Below are positions 1 through 9,783 of a stretch of DNA of 64,000 bases, in pieces; position 1 is the first letter of the stretch; every line of letters begins with the position of its first letter. Made by a program: the position numbers and the translations under genes. The notes beneath the pieces were generated by a model, which saw nothing but the letters and a program-made list of their open reading frames with translations, ran no database searches and had not been told where the DNA came from. Source of the DNA: a virus; IMG/VR virus record IMGVR_UViG_3300048582_000084, positions 1 to 64,000 of that record; one strand, 5' to 3'.

Positions 1-78
1 CTCGCCCTCGCCCTCGCCCTCGCCCTCGCCCTCGCCCTCGCCCTCGCCCTCGCCCTCGCCCTCGCCCTCGCCCTCGCC
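1..78. repeat. (CTCGCC)n hexamer microsatellite, 13 copies, runs off the window edge
   Basis: Perfect tandem CTCGCC from base 1 to 78. Confidence 0.95.
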
Positions 79-700
79 TGGATATCCAGCCAAGCTAGCC
101 CGGTTTGGTATACTATCCGCCCCGTTTCTTTCCATAATACCAAAAACGCCCCATTATGCGGCAATGGCCGTAAAGGCCCCTATAAACCTCACCTAGGGGC
201 CTCCCGTTTTTTCCATACCTAGACCTAGCAGAAAAACGAGGCCCCTAGGCGAGGCCCCTAGACCCCTAGAAACGCGTGCGGCGTGAAACATTAACTTTCG
301 AACAGAATTTGTTTCACGGTATAGGCGTGTAATACTGAATCAGTCATTAAGCATTGATTTGTAATTAAATTACGCGATTAAATACTCGTTTGATTGATTA
401 AATCAGTCTCGCAATATCGGGCTAATAGAGCCCCGAACGTATTACTTGCCGCTTTGGTATACAATCCGGCAAAAGTACTTTGGCCAGCCTGCCAATGCGT
501 TACAGAATGCCGGGCTATGGCGCGCGTTTTGTAACATACGCCAAACCTTACGAATACCAGCGCCAGCCCCCGACGCGTTACCGAATAGCGGCCCATGCCA
601 CGCGTTCCGTAACATAAGCCGGAACGCATACTGGGCCGGTTTCTACCATAACGCTTCGCGCTTCTACCATTTCACGATTACCGCGCGTGGATTCTCGCGT

Positions 701-790
701 TTCTGCCATGGCGCCCGGTTCTGCCATGTCGCCCGGTTCTGCCATGGCGCCCGGTTCTGCCATGGCGCCCGGTTCTGCCATGGCGCGCGC
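701..790. repeat. 18-bp tandem repeat TTCTGCCATGGCGCCCGG, 5 copies
   Basis: Units start at 701, 719, 737, 755, 773; related TTCTACCAT at 641 and 662. Confidence 0.9.
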
Positions 791-832
791 CTGGATTCCG
801 CAAATTTAGACGCTATCCCATACCGCGCGACG

Positions 833-862
833 TTGTCTCATGTCTTGATTTGCTGTTACAAT
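833..862 (+). promoter_or_regulatory. Candidate sigma70-type promoter
   Basis: TTGTCT-N18-TACAAT with extended -10 TG. Confidence 0.35.
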
Positions 863-1266
863 TTGCATCGCAATTTGCGAAAATATCTCATTAACTTGCG
901 AAACCTTCACTTATGGCAAGTTACCAACGGAATTCAGATTCTTCCCATCTCATGAGACTTTACAACTTAAGGTTGAACCTTGCAACCTAGAGTTGAGTCA
1001 AGGGGACCCCAACCGGGATGGTATACGACCGCCCGCCGCGCCAGCAGGCCATGTAATACCTACATTTTACTGTTTCGGCGCCCTATATGGCCCCAAAACG
1101 CCAACCCGTTAGCGCCCTAACCTAAAGTCCTTTAAGTCACAGCGTTACGCTCGCTTCCAGTAACGTCAATACTAACGTCGGCGCACTGTCAAAACAGGTG
1201 CCGGGGACCCACCCCACCGGGTAGTGAACGACCCTCAGCGCAGGTTCACCCTACAAAAATTTTGCC

Positions 1267-1333
1267 CCGTGGACCCGCCGTACTGGGTACTCTTAACCCA
1301 ACACCGCACCGTGGACCCACCGTACCGGGCACT
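1267..1333. repeat. 25-bp direct repeat CCGTGGACCCRCCGTACYGGGYACT, 2 copies
   Basis: 1267-1291 and 1309-1333, 3 mismatches; related GGGGACCC..ACCGGG blocks at 1002 and 1203. Confidence 0.8.
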
Positions 1334-1433
1334 TTTGATGTACAAGTAACGATTTCAGTGTTACAATTCGGCCCCTTTCCAATTCCTGCTGCGAGGTCAG
1401 CAACGCCAACATAAACCCGACTCACTGGATTCC

Positions 1434-2939
1434 ATGATTTACTCCGCTACATCTTCCCTATTTACCTCGCTTCCAAACACGACCGCAACGAATGGCGAGT
1501 ACCTGTTTTGGTGGCCCTACTGGCAGACCATTCGCGACTGCCTCATGGGCGAGATTCTCGTCAAGCAGCGCAAGGAGCGATACCTCCCCAAGGTCGAGGC
1601 GCAGAGCGCCATTGAGTACGAAGCATATCTCGCTCGCGCCACCTTCTACAACGCGACCTCTCGCACCGTATCTGGACTTGTCGGCTCCGTCCACAGGCGC
1701 ACGCCTGTAATCGAAGGCCTACCTGATTCGATTGACCTAACGAATATCACCAACGACGGTCAGTCGTTTGAGATGTTCATGAAGAAGGTGACACGCGAAG
1801 TCATCGCGATGGGCCGATACGGCGTGATGATCGATGCCCCACCAGACGGTGGAGACCCCTATTTCGTAGGCTTTGATGCCGAAGACATCGTTGACTGGTC
1901 TACGACCAGAGTAGGCAGCCGCGAGAAGCTTGAATACGTCGTGCTTCGTGAAGTGAAGCGTGTACGTCTCCCATTCACAGCGACGGCGAACGAGCTGGTC
2001 GAGACCTACCGTGTTCTACTTATCGACGACGACGGGTTTTACAAGCAGCGCGTTTTCGACAGCGGCTCTCTAAACGGACCCGACTACATGGAGTACGTTC
2101 CGCTTCTACAGGGACGCCCGATGACGGAAATTCCGTTCCTGTTCATCAGCCCCTACGATTTCGGCTTCGAAGTCGAGAAGCCTCCGATTCTCGACATCGC
2201 TCTTCTCAATCTATCTCACTATCGCAGCTACGCCCAGCTTGAGGCAGGCCGGTACTACACCGCTACGCCGGTCTACACCGTATTCCTCCAGGGCGGCGGT
2301 GACGATGATACAGAGTTCAAGGTCGGTCCTAACGTGGTCTGGCAGCTCGGCAGCCAGGACAAGGCCGAAATTATGGAATTCAAGGGCTCTGGGCTCGCGT
2401 ACCTAGAGAACGCGCTCTTGACCAAGGAGCAGCAGATCGCAGCGCTGGGTGGGAAGTTGTCTGGCGCCTCTCGCGGCGGCGCTGCGGAGGCTCCTGAAGC
2501 CATCATGGCGCGAGAGCGCGGCGAAGCGTCGTTCCTCGGTTCGGTTGTGGCGACGATCAGCGAGACCGGCAGCCGCCTGTTGAGCGCTCTAGCAACTTGG
2601 CGCGGCACGCCTGCGGAAATTTCCGTGACGTATTCCTCCGAAGCGACCGAGATTTACCTCGACGGGCGCGAGATTCGCGCAATGGCGATGCTCTACGACA
2701 CCGGTCTCATGCCGCTGGAGACGATCTTTGCGGTCTTCAAGCAGAACAACATCATCCCTGCGGGTCTGTCGTTCGAAGAGTTTGAGACTATGCTGCCGCA
2801 ACGGGCTCCGAAGGTGGAAAACAAGGTGGTCGAGGCAGAAGAAAAGGCGAAGATTGAGCAAAAATACGCTCCACCGGAGCCTTCGACGCCTCCTTCAGCC
2901 ACTCGACAGCGACCTACACCGCGTAATTCACGCGGATAA
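1434..2939 (+). CDS. Portal protein (DUF4055-like)
   Basis: 501 aa; YLPK...YEAYLARATFYN, GRYGVMIDAP and PPILDIALLNLSHYRSYA match this portal family; first structural gene. Confidence 0.85.
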   Translation: MIYSATSSLFTSLPNTTATNGEYLFWWPYWQTIRDCLMGEILVKQRKERYLPKVEAQSAIEYEAYLARATFYNATSRTVSGLVGSVHRRTPVIEGLPDSIDLTNITNDGQSFEMFMKKVTREVIAMGRYGVMIDAPPDGGDPYFVGFDAEDIVDWSTTRVGSREKLEYVVLREVKRVRLPFTATANELVETYRVLLIDDDGFYKQRVFDSGSLNGPDYMEYVPLLQGRPMTEIPFLFISPYDFGFEVEKPPILDIALLNLSHYRSYAQLEAGRYYTATPVYTVFLQGGGDDDTEFKVGPNVVWQLGSQDKAEIMEFKGSGLAYLENALLTKEQQIAALGGKLSGASRGGAAEAPEAIMARERGEASFLGSVVATISETGSRLLSALATWRGTPAEISVTYSSEATEIYLDGREIRAMAMLYDTGLMPLETIFAVFKQNNIIPAGLSFEEFETMLPQRAPKVENKVVEAEEKAKIEQKYAPPEPSTPPSATRQRPTPRNSRG

Positions 2940-2950
2940 GTTATTTTTAC

Positions 2951-2979
2951 TTTACATAAGGTGTTCATTTCTTTAGAAT
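2951..2979 (+). promoter_or_regulatory. sigma70-type promoter upstream of the scaffold gene
   Basis: TTTACA-N17-TAGAAT in an AT-rich intergenic region. Confidence 0.6.
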
Positions 2980-3145
2980 ATGGCCTTATTGAAAACGAAG
3001 ACTTGCTTATTTCTAGTTTGACCCCGGTGTATGGGGGTTTTCCGCCCCCATACACTGTATTATCCAGACAACATCACGGCTTATGGCCCTGATTTCGCGT
3101 TTATGACGCAAAAGCACCTAAATCCCTAAGGGAACAAGTACTACC

Positions 3146-3994
3146 ATGCCTATTTGGATGAAGCACTACGTCGATCTACCTGTGTTCTATCGCGCTCCTG
3201 AAGGGACCGATGGCGGCGGCGGGGACGACAACAAGAATACCCCTGGAGACGACAACGGCGCAGTCGCCGGAACCTCCGCAGGCGGCGAAGACGTCGCCAA
3301 GCTGATTGAGAAGGCGGTCGCAGACGCTGTCGCGGGCCTTCGAAAGAAGAACGAAGAAGTCATTGGGGACAACAAGAAGCTTAAGGATCAGATCAACACT
3401 CTGAAGTCTAAGCCCGCTCTGTCTGATGACGAATACTCCGAATTTAAGTCCCTCAAGGAGCGCATGGAGCGCGACGAGTTCCTGAAGGCGCTCGCTGAGG
3501 GGAAGAGCGAAGAGGTCATCGAGAAGGTGACCCGCAAGACCAAGCTCGATTACGAAGCGAAGCTCGCCGCAGAGGCTGAGGCACGCACGAAGACCGAGAC
3601 AGAAGCGAACGCATGGCGCGCTCGATACGAAGAGACACTGATCAATGCGGAGATTAAGTCCGCTGCTGCTGGGTCGGTGAAGCCGCAGTACCAAGACCTA
3701 GTCGCTCGCCTTGTCGGGGACCGGGTTAAGCTAGTGGACGGCGCAGTACGCGTCGTGAATTCCGACGGCGACATCGAGATGTCGGTCAACGGGACTAAGC
3801 CGCTGGCAGTGTCTGAGCTAGTCGAGTCGCTACGCGCTACCTATACCGATCTGTTTCTCACTTCCACGGGAGGTGGCACGACCGGGTCCACGAAGCGAGG
3901 TTCTGGTACGACCAGCAACAAGATCGCTGTCGAAGTCGCCTCGACCATGTCAGTTGAAGACTACATGAAGGCGCGCGCTGAGGGCCGGATTTAA
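3146..3994 (+). CDS. Head scaffolding protein
   Basis: 282 aa coiled coil; GLRKKNEEV near the N-terminus, GGG-rich linker and MSVEDY...ARAEGRI at the C-terminus; follows portal. Confidence 0.8.
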   Translation: MPIWMKHYVDLPVFYRAPEGTDGGGGDDNKNTPGDDNGAVAGTSAGGEDVAKLIEKAVADAVAGLRKKNEEVIGDNKKLKDQINTLKSKPALSDDEYSEFKSLKERMERDEFLKALAEGKSEEVIEKVTRKTKLDYEAKLAAEAEARTKTETEANAWRARYEETLINAEIKSAAAGSVKPQYQDLVARLVGDRVKLVDGAVRVVNSDGDIEMSVNGTKPLAVSELVESLRATYTDLFLTSTGGGTTGSTKRGSGTTSNKIAVEVASTMSVEDYMKARAEGRI

Positions 3995-4034
3995 TATCCC
4001 CCTTCTCTCCGATCTCTTAACCTGAACATCATCC

Positions 4035-4073
4035 GGCCTCAAGGACAGACCATCGTCTGCCTTGAGGCTTTTT
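4035..4073 (+). terminator. Intrinsic terminator after scaffold
   Basis: GCCTCAAGG...CCTTGAGGC followed by TTTTT. Confidence 0.7.
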
Positions 4074-4126
4074 GCCGAATATCGGCCTTTTACTATCAAG
4101 TGACTAAACTAGGAGCTACTGACTAA

Positions 4127-5278
4127 ATGTCTGGTACTTTGGCCGATACGAATTCTGGCCGGATTTCTATTATTGCCGAATCTACGTTCGGTACTACGCC
4201 TGCTACTCCAACCCTTCAAATCCTCCGCGCCACCAGCTTCGACCTGGGCGCGCAGAAGGAAACCGTCGTCTCCGACGAAATCCGCTCCGACCGTATGGTC
4301 TCCACCGTGGCCGAAGTCGCCGCGATGTCTGCGGGCTCCATGGGTTACGAACTCTCCCTCGGCGGCTCGTTCGACACGCTGTTTGAAGCGGCGCTCTGCG
4401 GTACGCTGCAAACGGCCACAAGCACCACCAACGTCGCGACACTCACTACAAGCACTTTCGACCACGCTGGCGCCGGATTCACCAATATCGTCGTCGGTCA
4501 GTGGGTGTTTGCAGCAGGCTTCGTCAACACCGCCAACAACGGTTGGCACCGAGTGACAGCCCGAACAAGCACAGTCCTGACGGTTGCTTCGGTTCTAGTG
4601 ACTGAGTCCTCGACGGCTGGTAAGACTATCCGCGCTCGTATGGTCCGGAACGGCACCACACGTCGGTCCTTCACGATTGAAGAAGCTTTCACGGATGTCT
4701 CGCAGTTTTTCGCGTTCCGTGGTCAGCGCCTCGGCACGCTGAGCATGGACGTCACGGCGGGCCAGATTGTGACGGGCTCGTTCGGTTTCCAGGGTACTTC
4801 TACTGTTGCCCAGGGTACGACGATTTCTTCCGCCCTCACCCCCGCCACCACCACGCAGGTCGTGAACGCGACGTCCAACGTCGGCGCGATCCTTGAGTCT
4901 TCGACTCTGATCCCCCTCGCGACGGCAATTCAGAGCTTCAACATCAATCTGGATAACGCCCTGCGTAATCAGATGGCTGTTGGTAGCAAATTCCCAACTG
5001 GTATCGGCTACGGCCGACAGACCATTACGGGCAGCCTGAACGCCTACTTCCAAGATCGCACTCTGTACGACCGGTTCCTTAACCACACCTCTTCCGCCCT
5101 GTCGTTTGCTTTCACCGACGGCACCAACCACATGCGAATTACTCTCCCTCGCGTGTTCTTCAACTCGTCCAATCCTAACGTCTCCGGTATCGACCAAGAC
5201 GTCATGGAGAACATCGAGTACACCGCTGTGCAGGACCCGACGACGGGCTGCCAGATTCAGATCGACATCATCACCTAA
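4127..5278 (+). CDS. Major tail tube protein
   Basis: 383 aa; AESTFGTTPATP, SDEIRSDR, RSFTIEE, ITGSLNAYF and ITLPRV are tube-protein motifs. Confidence 0.85.
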   Translation: MSGTLADTNSGRISIIAESTFGTTPATPTLQILRATSFDLGAQKETVVSDEIRSDRMVSTVAEVAAMSAGSMGYELSLGGSFDTLFEAALCGTLQTATSTTNVATLTTSTFDHAGAGFTNIVVGQWVFAAGFVNTANNGWHRVTARTSTVLTVASVLVTESSTAGKTIRARMVRNGTTRRSFTIEEAFTDVSQFFAFRGQRLGTLSMDVTAGQIVTGSFGFQGTSTVAQGTTISSALTPATTTQVVNATSNVGAILESSTLIPLATAIQSFNINLDNALRNQMAVGSKFPTGIGYGRQTITGSLNAYFQDRTLYDRFLNHTSSALSFAFTDGTNHMRITLPRVFFNSSNPNVSGIDQDVMENIEYTAVQDPTTGCQIQIDIIT

Positions 5279-5291
5279 GCTGCACTGATAT

Positions 5292-5324
5292 GGCGGGGCG
5301 TTTCAGCGCCCCGCCTCGATTTTT
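5292..5324 (+). terminator. Hairpin / probable terminator after tail tube
   Basis: GGCGGGGCG/CGCCCCGCC stem with a T-run just downstream. Confidence 0.55.
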
Positions 5325-5340
5325 ACGTAAAGAGGCATAA

Positions 5341-5946
5341 GTGGGTATTTTTCATAAGACAACAGACGGCGGTAGGGATGGACATATCATTCACGTTATT
5401 CCGTCGGTTGGTACTGTGCCGATTTCCGGTGAATCTCCCTTTCCTGTAAGCGCACCGCCTTCTACAACTCCTACAGCCACTTTTGCACGTCCGACGAACA
5501 CGACCCCGTATTCGACCGGCCAGCTTGTAGCAAACAGTACAGCCGCAGGTAGTGTTGCCCCCCTAACTCTCCCAGTAGCTCGTTTTACTGGTGGTACCGG
5601 ACAGCTTTGGAGGTGTAGAGTTCGTAAATCTACGGCGTCACTCACGAACGCCGTGTTTAGGGTTCACATTTTTAGCGGACCCGCCGCTCCTACAGTAGCA
5701 AACGGCGACGGTGGGGTGTTCCTTCCCAACAATGTTGCTAACTACATCGGCGCTTTTAATGTAACTCTCGATTGTGCTTTTTCTGATGGGGCTATCGGAA
5801 TTGGCACCCCCTCGTTTGGCGGCGCTGTAGTCTTCGCGACTGACCCGTCTACTCAGAATTTGTGGGCGCTTATCGAGGCTCGGGGAGCTTACACGCCTGG
5901 AAATGCAGAAGTTTTCGGTGTTACATTGGAAGCGGTACGAGACTAA
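5341..5946 (+). CDS. Probable virion structural protein
   Basis: 201 aa, beta-rich, GTG start with AGAGG RBS, lies in the structural operon. Confidence 0.6.
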   Translation: MGIFHKTTDGGRDGHIIHVIPSVGTVPISGESPFPVSAPPSTTPTATFARPTNTTPYSTGQLVANSTAAGSVAPLTLPVARFTGGTGQLWRCRVRKSTASLTNAVFRVHIFSGPAAPTVANGDGGVFLPNNVANYIGAFNVTLDCAFSDGAIGIGTPSFGGAVVFATDPSTQNLWALIEARGAYTPGNAEVFGVTLEAVRD

Positions 5947-8003
5947 TGCCTTTTCGCCGCTATACGGCTACTATTTTTGAGTATAGTACACGCGAACCGC
6001 TTGTAGCTAACAGCGACGGTGTAGCCGCTTCTTACTCGCGCGTTCCGTTACTGGCTGCTTTAGCTGGCGGTTCGTCATCGGCTACCCTACTGGCGTCGGT
6101 GTCTGATCGAACGTGGGCAAACGTAGGCAGCGTACCGGCCAGCGGAAGTTTAGCTATTGCTATGCGTACTGAGGCTATATCGGCACCGGGAGGTCATCTT
6201 TATTATGACCTCGGATCGTCTGGCACAGGCACACCAGGGACACCTACGGTGTTGATCGAAGAGGCGCCCGACACTGGTAATAACACTCCTCCGGTTTCAG
6301 GTTGGACTACTATTTCTCACACCCCCTTCGCTCCGATTGGTGTTACCGGCCCCACACGACTGATTGAGCGCGGCCTAGTGTGCGGTCTCGCCGCCGGACC
6401 ACGGCGCTGGATTCGACTCACGGTCAGCACCGACAACACACGGCCGATCCCCCTTCGCGTGGCTCTGATGCAGCGGCCAGCGAGCGGGCGCGAAGATTTC
6501 TGGATTATCACAGGCGCGTCGCGTGAGGATCAGGCGCTCAAGGCGGCGGCGCTGCGCGACGAAGTGCAGTCGCAGTTTCCGACGCGTGATCCGATCATCG
6601 TCTGCGGCGCTCGGTCTGGTGCGACGTTGGGTGACGTGGTGACAGAGTGTGTGGAGGCGGGCCTCGCCGCCTATCCCGCCGCCGGTTACTTTATCCTCGG
6701 CAATCCCGGCGGGAACAACGTCAACAGCAGCCGCCCCTACGCCACAGATGCCGCACCGAACACGATCACGACCGAACTCAACGCGGCGCTGGACGCCATC
6801 GAAGCGGCTGGCAAGATCGCCTATGCAGGCGCGATTTCGTATCGCCCCTATGACGTGGCGCCGATCATCGTCGGCCCTGACGCGAACAACGACGGCAGCA
6901 AGCCCTATAACGAGGCGCAGCTTTACCCTCGCATCGCTGCGCGTGTCGCGCGGTCGTGGATCGCGGGCGTGGCGTTGCCTGCGACAGACGAATACAGCCT
7001 GTTCCTGCGAGGCGCGTCGGTCTACGCGGACGTGGCTGGCGCCGAGACGGGCGTGCATCCAACCAGCGTCGGCGCAGAGGCTGGGCGCGTGGTGATGCGG
7101 CGTGAATGGGCGCGCACCGCGTTCTCCCACGCCTACACGGGCGCCCAAGCCGCGACCTACGCCGACCACATTCTCAGTACATTTGAACCGGCGACTGACG
7201 CGGCGACGCGCACAGGGTTGATCGATATGTGTGCAGACCTACCTTCCGGCGCGACGCAGACCGCCTACGCCGCACGCGCTGCGGCCATCGTCACGGCATG
7301 GACCGACCCCGTAGCGGGATGGAAGCCAACCAACGTGGCGGGCGCGGTGTGGTTCGATCTGCGTGACCATTCCACCGCGACCATGGAGGTTGATTACATC
7401 TCCGCGCTCGCCGCCAAGGGTGGCACAGCAACATTGGCACAGACCGGCACCTCCCGACCGACCCGACGAAAGCTAATAGGCCGCAGTCAGTTTGGCTTCG
7501 CTGATGGCGTAAATGACCGCATGACCAGCACCGACGCGGCGATTGTTGGCATGCTCGACGCAGCGTCGCAGCCGTTCACCATTGGCTGGGTGCAGCGCGA
7601 TGCGTCGTTGGCGTCGCTGCGGCGGGTGTTCGGCTGGGGCACTGGGGCAGCCGATCTGCTGTCTGTCGAGGTCAACACCAACTTCACGATCCGCCCGTTG
7701 AACGGATCGTCGATCCTTATCACCGGCGTCGCGATCCCGACGAACACCTGGGATGCGTTCACGCTACTTTACGACGGCACCACGCTGTCTCTGCGCCGCA
7801 ACGGCGCGCAGATCAGCAGCGCCGCATGGGCTAAGCCGGCATGGACCGGCACCGGCTTCGCCCTGTTCTCCCGGTCCTTTACGACTGCCTCTCCGTGGCG
7901 TGGTGACATTGCGACGTGGTTCGCTACACCTACCGCGCTGACCGGTGACGATTTGGCTAGCGCTGAGGCGTTCCTCTCGGTGGCGCGCGGGTCTTTATCA
8001 TAA
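5946..8003 (+). CDS. Virion appendage protein with SGNH/GDSL-like esterase and C-terminal LamG/ConA-like domain
   Basis: ATG overlaps the upstream TAA (TAATG); blocks ITGAS, GARSG, GGNN and GVHP match SGNH blocks I, II, III and V; WFDLRD...YDGTTLSLRRNG is LamG-like. Confidence 0.7.
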   Translation: MPFRRYTATIFEYSTREPLVANSDGVAASYSRVPLLAALAGGSSSATLLASVSDRTWANVGSVPASGSLAIAMRTEAISAPGGHLYYDLGSSGTGTPGTPTVLIEEAPDTGNNTPPVSGWTTISHTPFAPIGVTGPTRLIERGLVCGLAAGPRRWIRLTVSTDNTRPIPLRVALMQRPASGREDFWIITGASREDQALKAAALRDEVQSQFPTRDPIIVCGARSGATLGDVVTECVEAGLAAYPAAGYFILGNPGGNNVNSSRPYATDAAPNTITTELNAALDAIEAAGKIAYAGAISYRPYDVAPIIVGPDANNDGSKPYNEAQLYPRIAARVARSWIAGVALPATDEYSLFLRGASVYADVAGAETGVHPTSVGAEAGRVVMRREWARTAFSHAYTGAQAATYADHILSTFEPATDAATRTGLIDMCADLPSGATQTAYAARAAAIVTAWTDPVAGWKPTNVAGAVWFDLRDHSTATMEVDYISALAAKGGTATLAQTGTSRPTRRKLIGRSQFGFADGVNDRMTSTDAAIVGMLDAASQPFTIGWVQRDASLASLRRVFGWGTGAADLLSVEVNTNFTIRPLNGSSILITGVAIPTNTWDAFTLLYDGTTLSLRRNGAQISSAAWAKPAWTGTGFALFSRSFTTASPWRGDIATWFATPTALTGDDLASAEAFLSVARGSLS

Positions 8004-8321
8004 CTTTTACTGGGGGTTTTTTAATTGTCACCTTACTGAGCGCCGTGTGACGTTACCACTAAACCCATTAACCAACCAATAAACGAGTTTATTGGTACAA
8101 ATAAATCCACACCACACGCCTACGCCAGATGATGGTTTAATATGAATTAAGTCTCGCAATAATGTGTGTGAATGGTAAAATTGCTTCCTAAATTGGGAAA
8201 ATGTTTCTATAATAGAGCACTTTCTCATAAATGACGGTTAGGCCGCTCATAATTGCTTCTATATATGATTATTACACTACTCGGGCGCAGCCCCGTTTAA
8301 GAGAAAAGGTTTTCTTTTACT

Positions 8322-9422
8322 ATGCCTATGCTAGTTCCGAGCATTATCGCTCGCGAGTCCCTGATGATCCTGAGCAGCAACCTCGTTGCCGCTTCTCTCG
8401 TCTACAAGGGCGACACTTCCAACTTCCTCGGCGCCAAGGTCGGTGACACCATCACCATCCGCAAGCCAGCCGACTTCGTGACCAACGAGTTTACAACCAC
8501 GATCTCTCCGCAGACCGTCAACGAGACCAGCGCGACGCTGACCCTTGAGAAGCACTTCGACCTTTCCGTCGAACTGACGACCAAGCAGACCACGCTGGAA
8601 CTGAATGACTTCAGCGAGCAGGTTGTGGCCCCGGCCATGCAGTCGATTGCCGAGAAGATCGACACCTACATCTACAGCAAGTACGCTGAAATCTACAACA
8701 TCCAGGGCGACGGCGCTCTAAACTCCGTGGCTGATCTTGCCGGTGTGAACCGCAAGCTGATGGAGCAGCGGGTTCCGCAGGCTGGCCGCGTTGGCTTCCT
8801 CGACCCGGCGTCGGTTGAAGCCTTCCTGTCCATCGACAACCTGAACCGTCTCGACACCCGTGGTGGCGAAGGCCTCGCGGCCCTGCGTGAAGCCTCCCTG
8901 GGCCGCGTGATGGCGATTGACTGGTACGGCGCGCAGAACGTGTTCACGCACACCCCTGGCGTTCCTGGCGGCACACCGGCTGGTACGGGCTCCCTGGGCG
9001 CGACTTCGGTCACCGTGGCGTCTGGCGGCAACCTCGGCACGTTCAAGCGTGGCGACATCATCACCTTCGCGAACCACACTCAGACCTACACCGTCCTCGC
9101 GGACGTGACGCTGAGCGGCGCTGGTGGCGGCATCATCACCATCTCCCCTGCCCTGACGACCGCCGTCTCTGGCTCTGCCATCACGGTGCGCGCGGCCCAC
9201 TCCGCGAACATCGTCGGCCATCCACGCGGCCTGTCCCTGGCTTCGGTGCCTCTGGAAATGCCGATGGAGACGATGGGTGCGGCTACGCTGTCCTACAACG
9301 GCTTCAACATCCGCGTCGTGTACGGCTACGACATCTCGACGAAGAAGAACACCATCTCCTTCGACCTGATCATGGGCGCCAAGGTCACTGACCCACGCCT
9401 CGTCGCGCGCTTCGACGCCTAA
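8322..9422 (+). CDS. Major capsid protein (P22 coat-like)
   Basis: 366 aa; KVGDTITIRKP, ELNDFSEQVVAPAM...IAEKID, KRGDIITFA, FDLIMG; strongly biased codons. Confidence 0.9.
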   Translation: MPMLVPSIIARESLMILSSNLVAASLVYKGDTSNFLGAKVGDTITIRKPADFVTNEFTTTISPQTVNETSATLTLEKHFDLSVELTTKQTTLELNDFSEQVVAPAMQSIAEKIDTYIYSKYAEIYNIQGDGALNSVADLAGVNRKLMEQRVPQAGRVGFLDPASVEAFLSIDNLNRLDTRGGEGLAALREASLGRVMAIDWYGAQNVFTHTPGVPGGTPAGTGSLGATSVTVASGGNLGTFKRGDIITFANHTQTYTVLADVTLSGAGGGIITISPALTTAVSGSAITVRAAHSANIVGHPRGLSLASVPLEMPMETMGAATLSYNGFNIRVVYGYDISTKKNTISFDLIMGAKVTDPRLVARFDA

Positions 9423-9431
9423 TCTTCTAGC

Positions 9432-9461
9432 GGGAGAGACTCTAACGGGTCTCTCCCTTTT
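9432..9461 (+). terminator. Intrinsic terminator after capsid
   Basis: GGGAGAGAC/GTCTCTCCC followed by TTTT. Confidence 0.8.
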
Positions 9462-9487
9462 CTCGTTCTACTTATACTAAGGCAACT

Positions 9488-9703
9488 ATGCCTCTCATCC
9501 TCATGCACCGCGACGGCGACGTCGCTGAGGTCAACACGGATATCGTGGCGACCTACCAGAATTTTCTCGCACACGGTTGGGTAGAAAAACCTGCCGAAGC
9601 TCCCGAGACGCCTCCCATCGAGGCACCCGCGCCGTCGGCCGAAGCTCCGAAACCGGAGCAGGCTGAACCAGCTTCCCGCCAAGGCCGCAAGGCGGGTAAG
9701 TAA
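9488..9703 (+). CDS. Small capsid-adjacent protein
   Basis: 71 aa, AAGG RBS, P/A/E-rich with a basic tail. Confidence 0.65.
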   Translation: MPLILMHRDGDVAEVNTDIVATYQNFLAHGWVEKPAEAPETPPIEAPAPSAEAPKPEQAEPASRQGRKAGK

Positions 9704-9730
9704 GTAAAAGCGCCTCTGCTATACAAATTA

Positions 9731-9771
9731 AAGCTGAACTGTCGGCCTCCGCAGTTCAGCTTTTTCTTTTT
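9731..9771 (+). terminator. Intrinsic terminator
   Basis: GCTGAACTG/CAGTTCAGC followed by a long T-run. Confidence 0.8.
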
Positions 9772-9783
9772 AGGGTACTGCCC

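Noticed and set aside
701-790. Possible CRISPR array
   Set aside because: Direct tandem repeats without spacers; the Cas4-like gene is a solo phage nuclease and no other cas genes are present
378-955. ORFs 378-629, 446-955 and 578-781 (FCHGAR / MAEPGA repeats)
   Set aside because: They are translations of the 18-bp repeat, with no clear RBS or phage-like codon bias
5862-5945. Upstream start given for the 713-aa ORF
   Set aside because: It overlaps the previous gene; TAATG coupling at 5946 is more plausible
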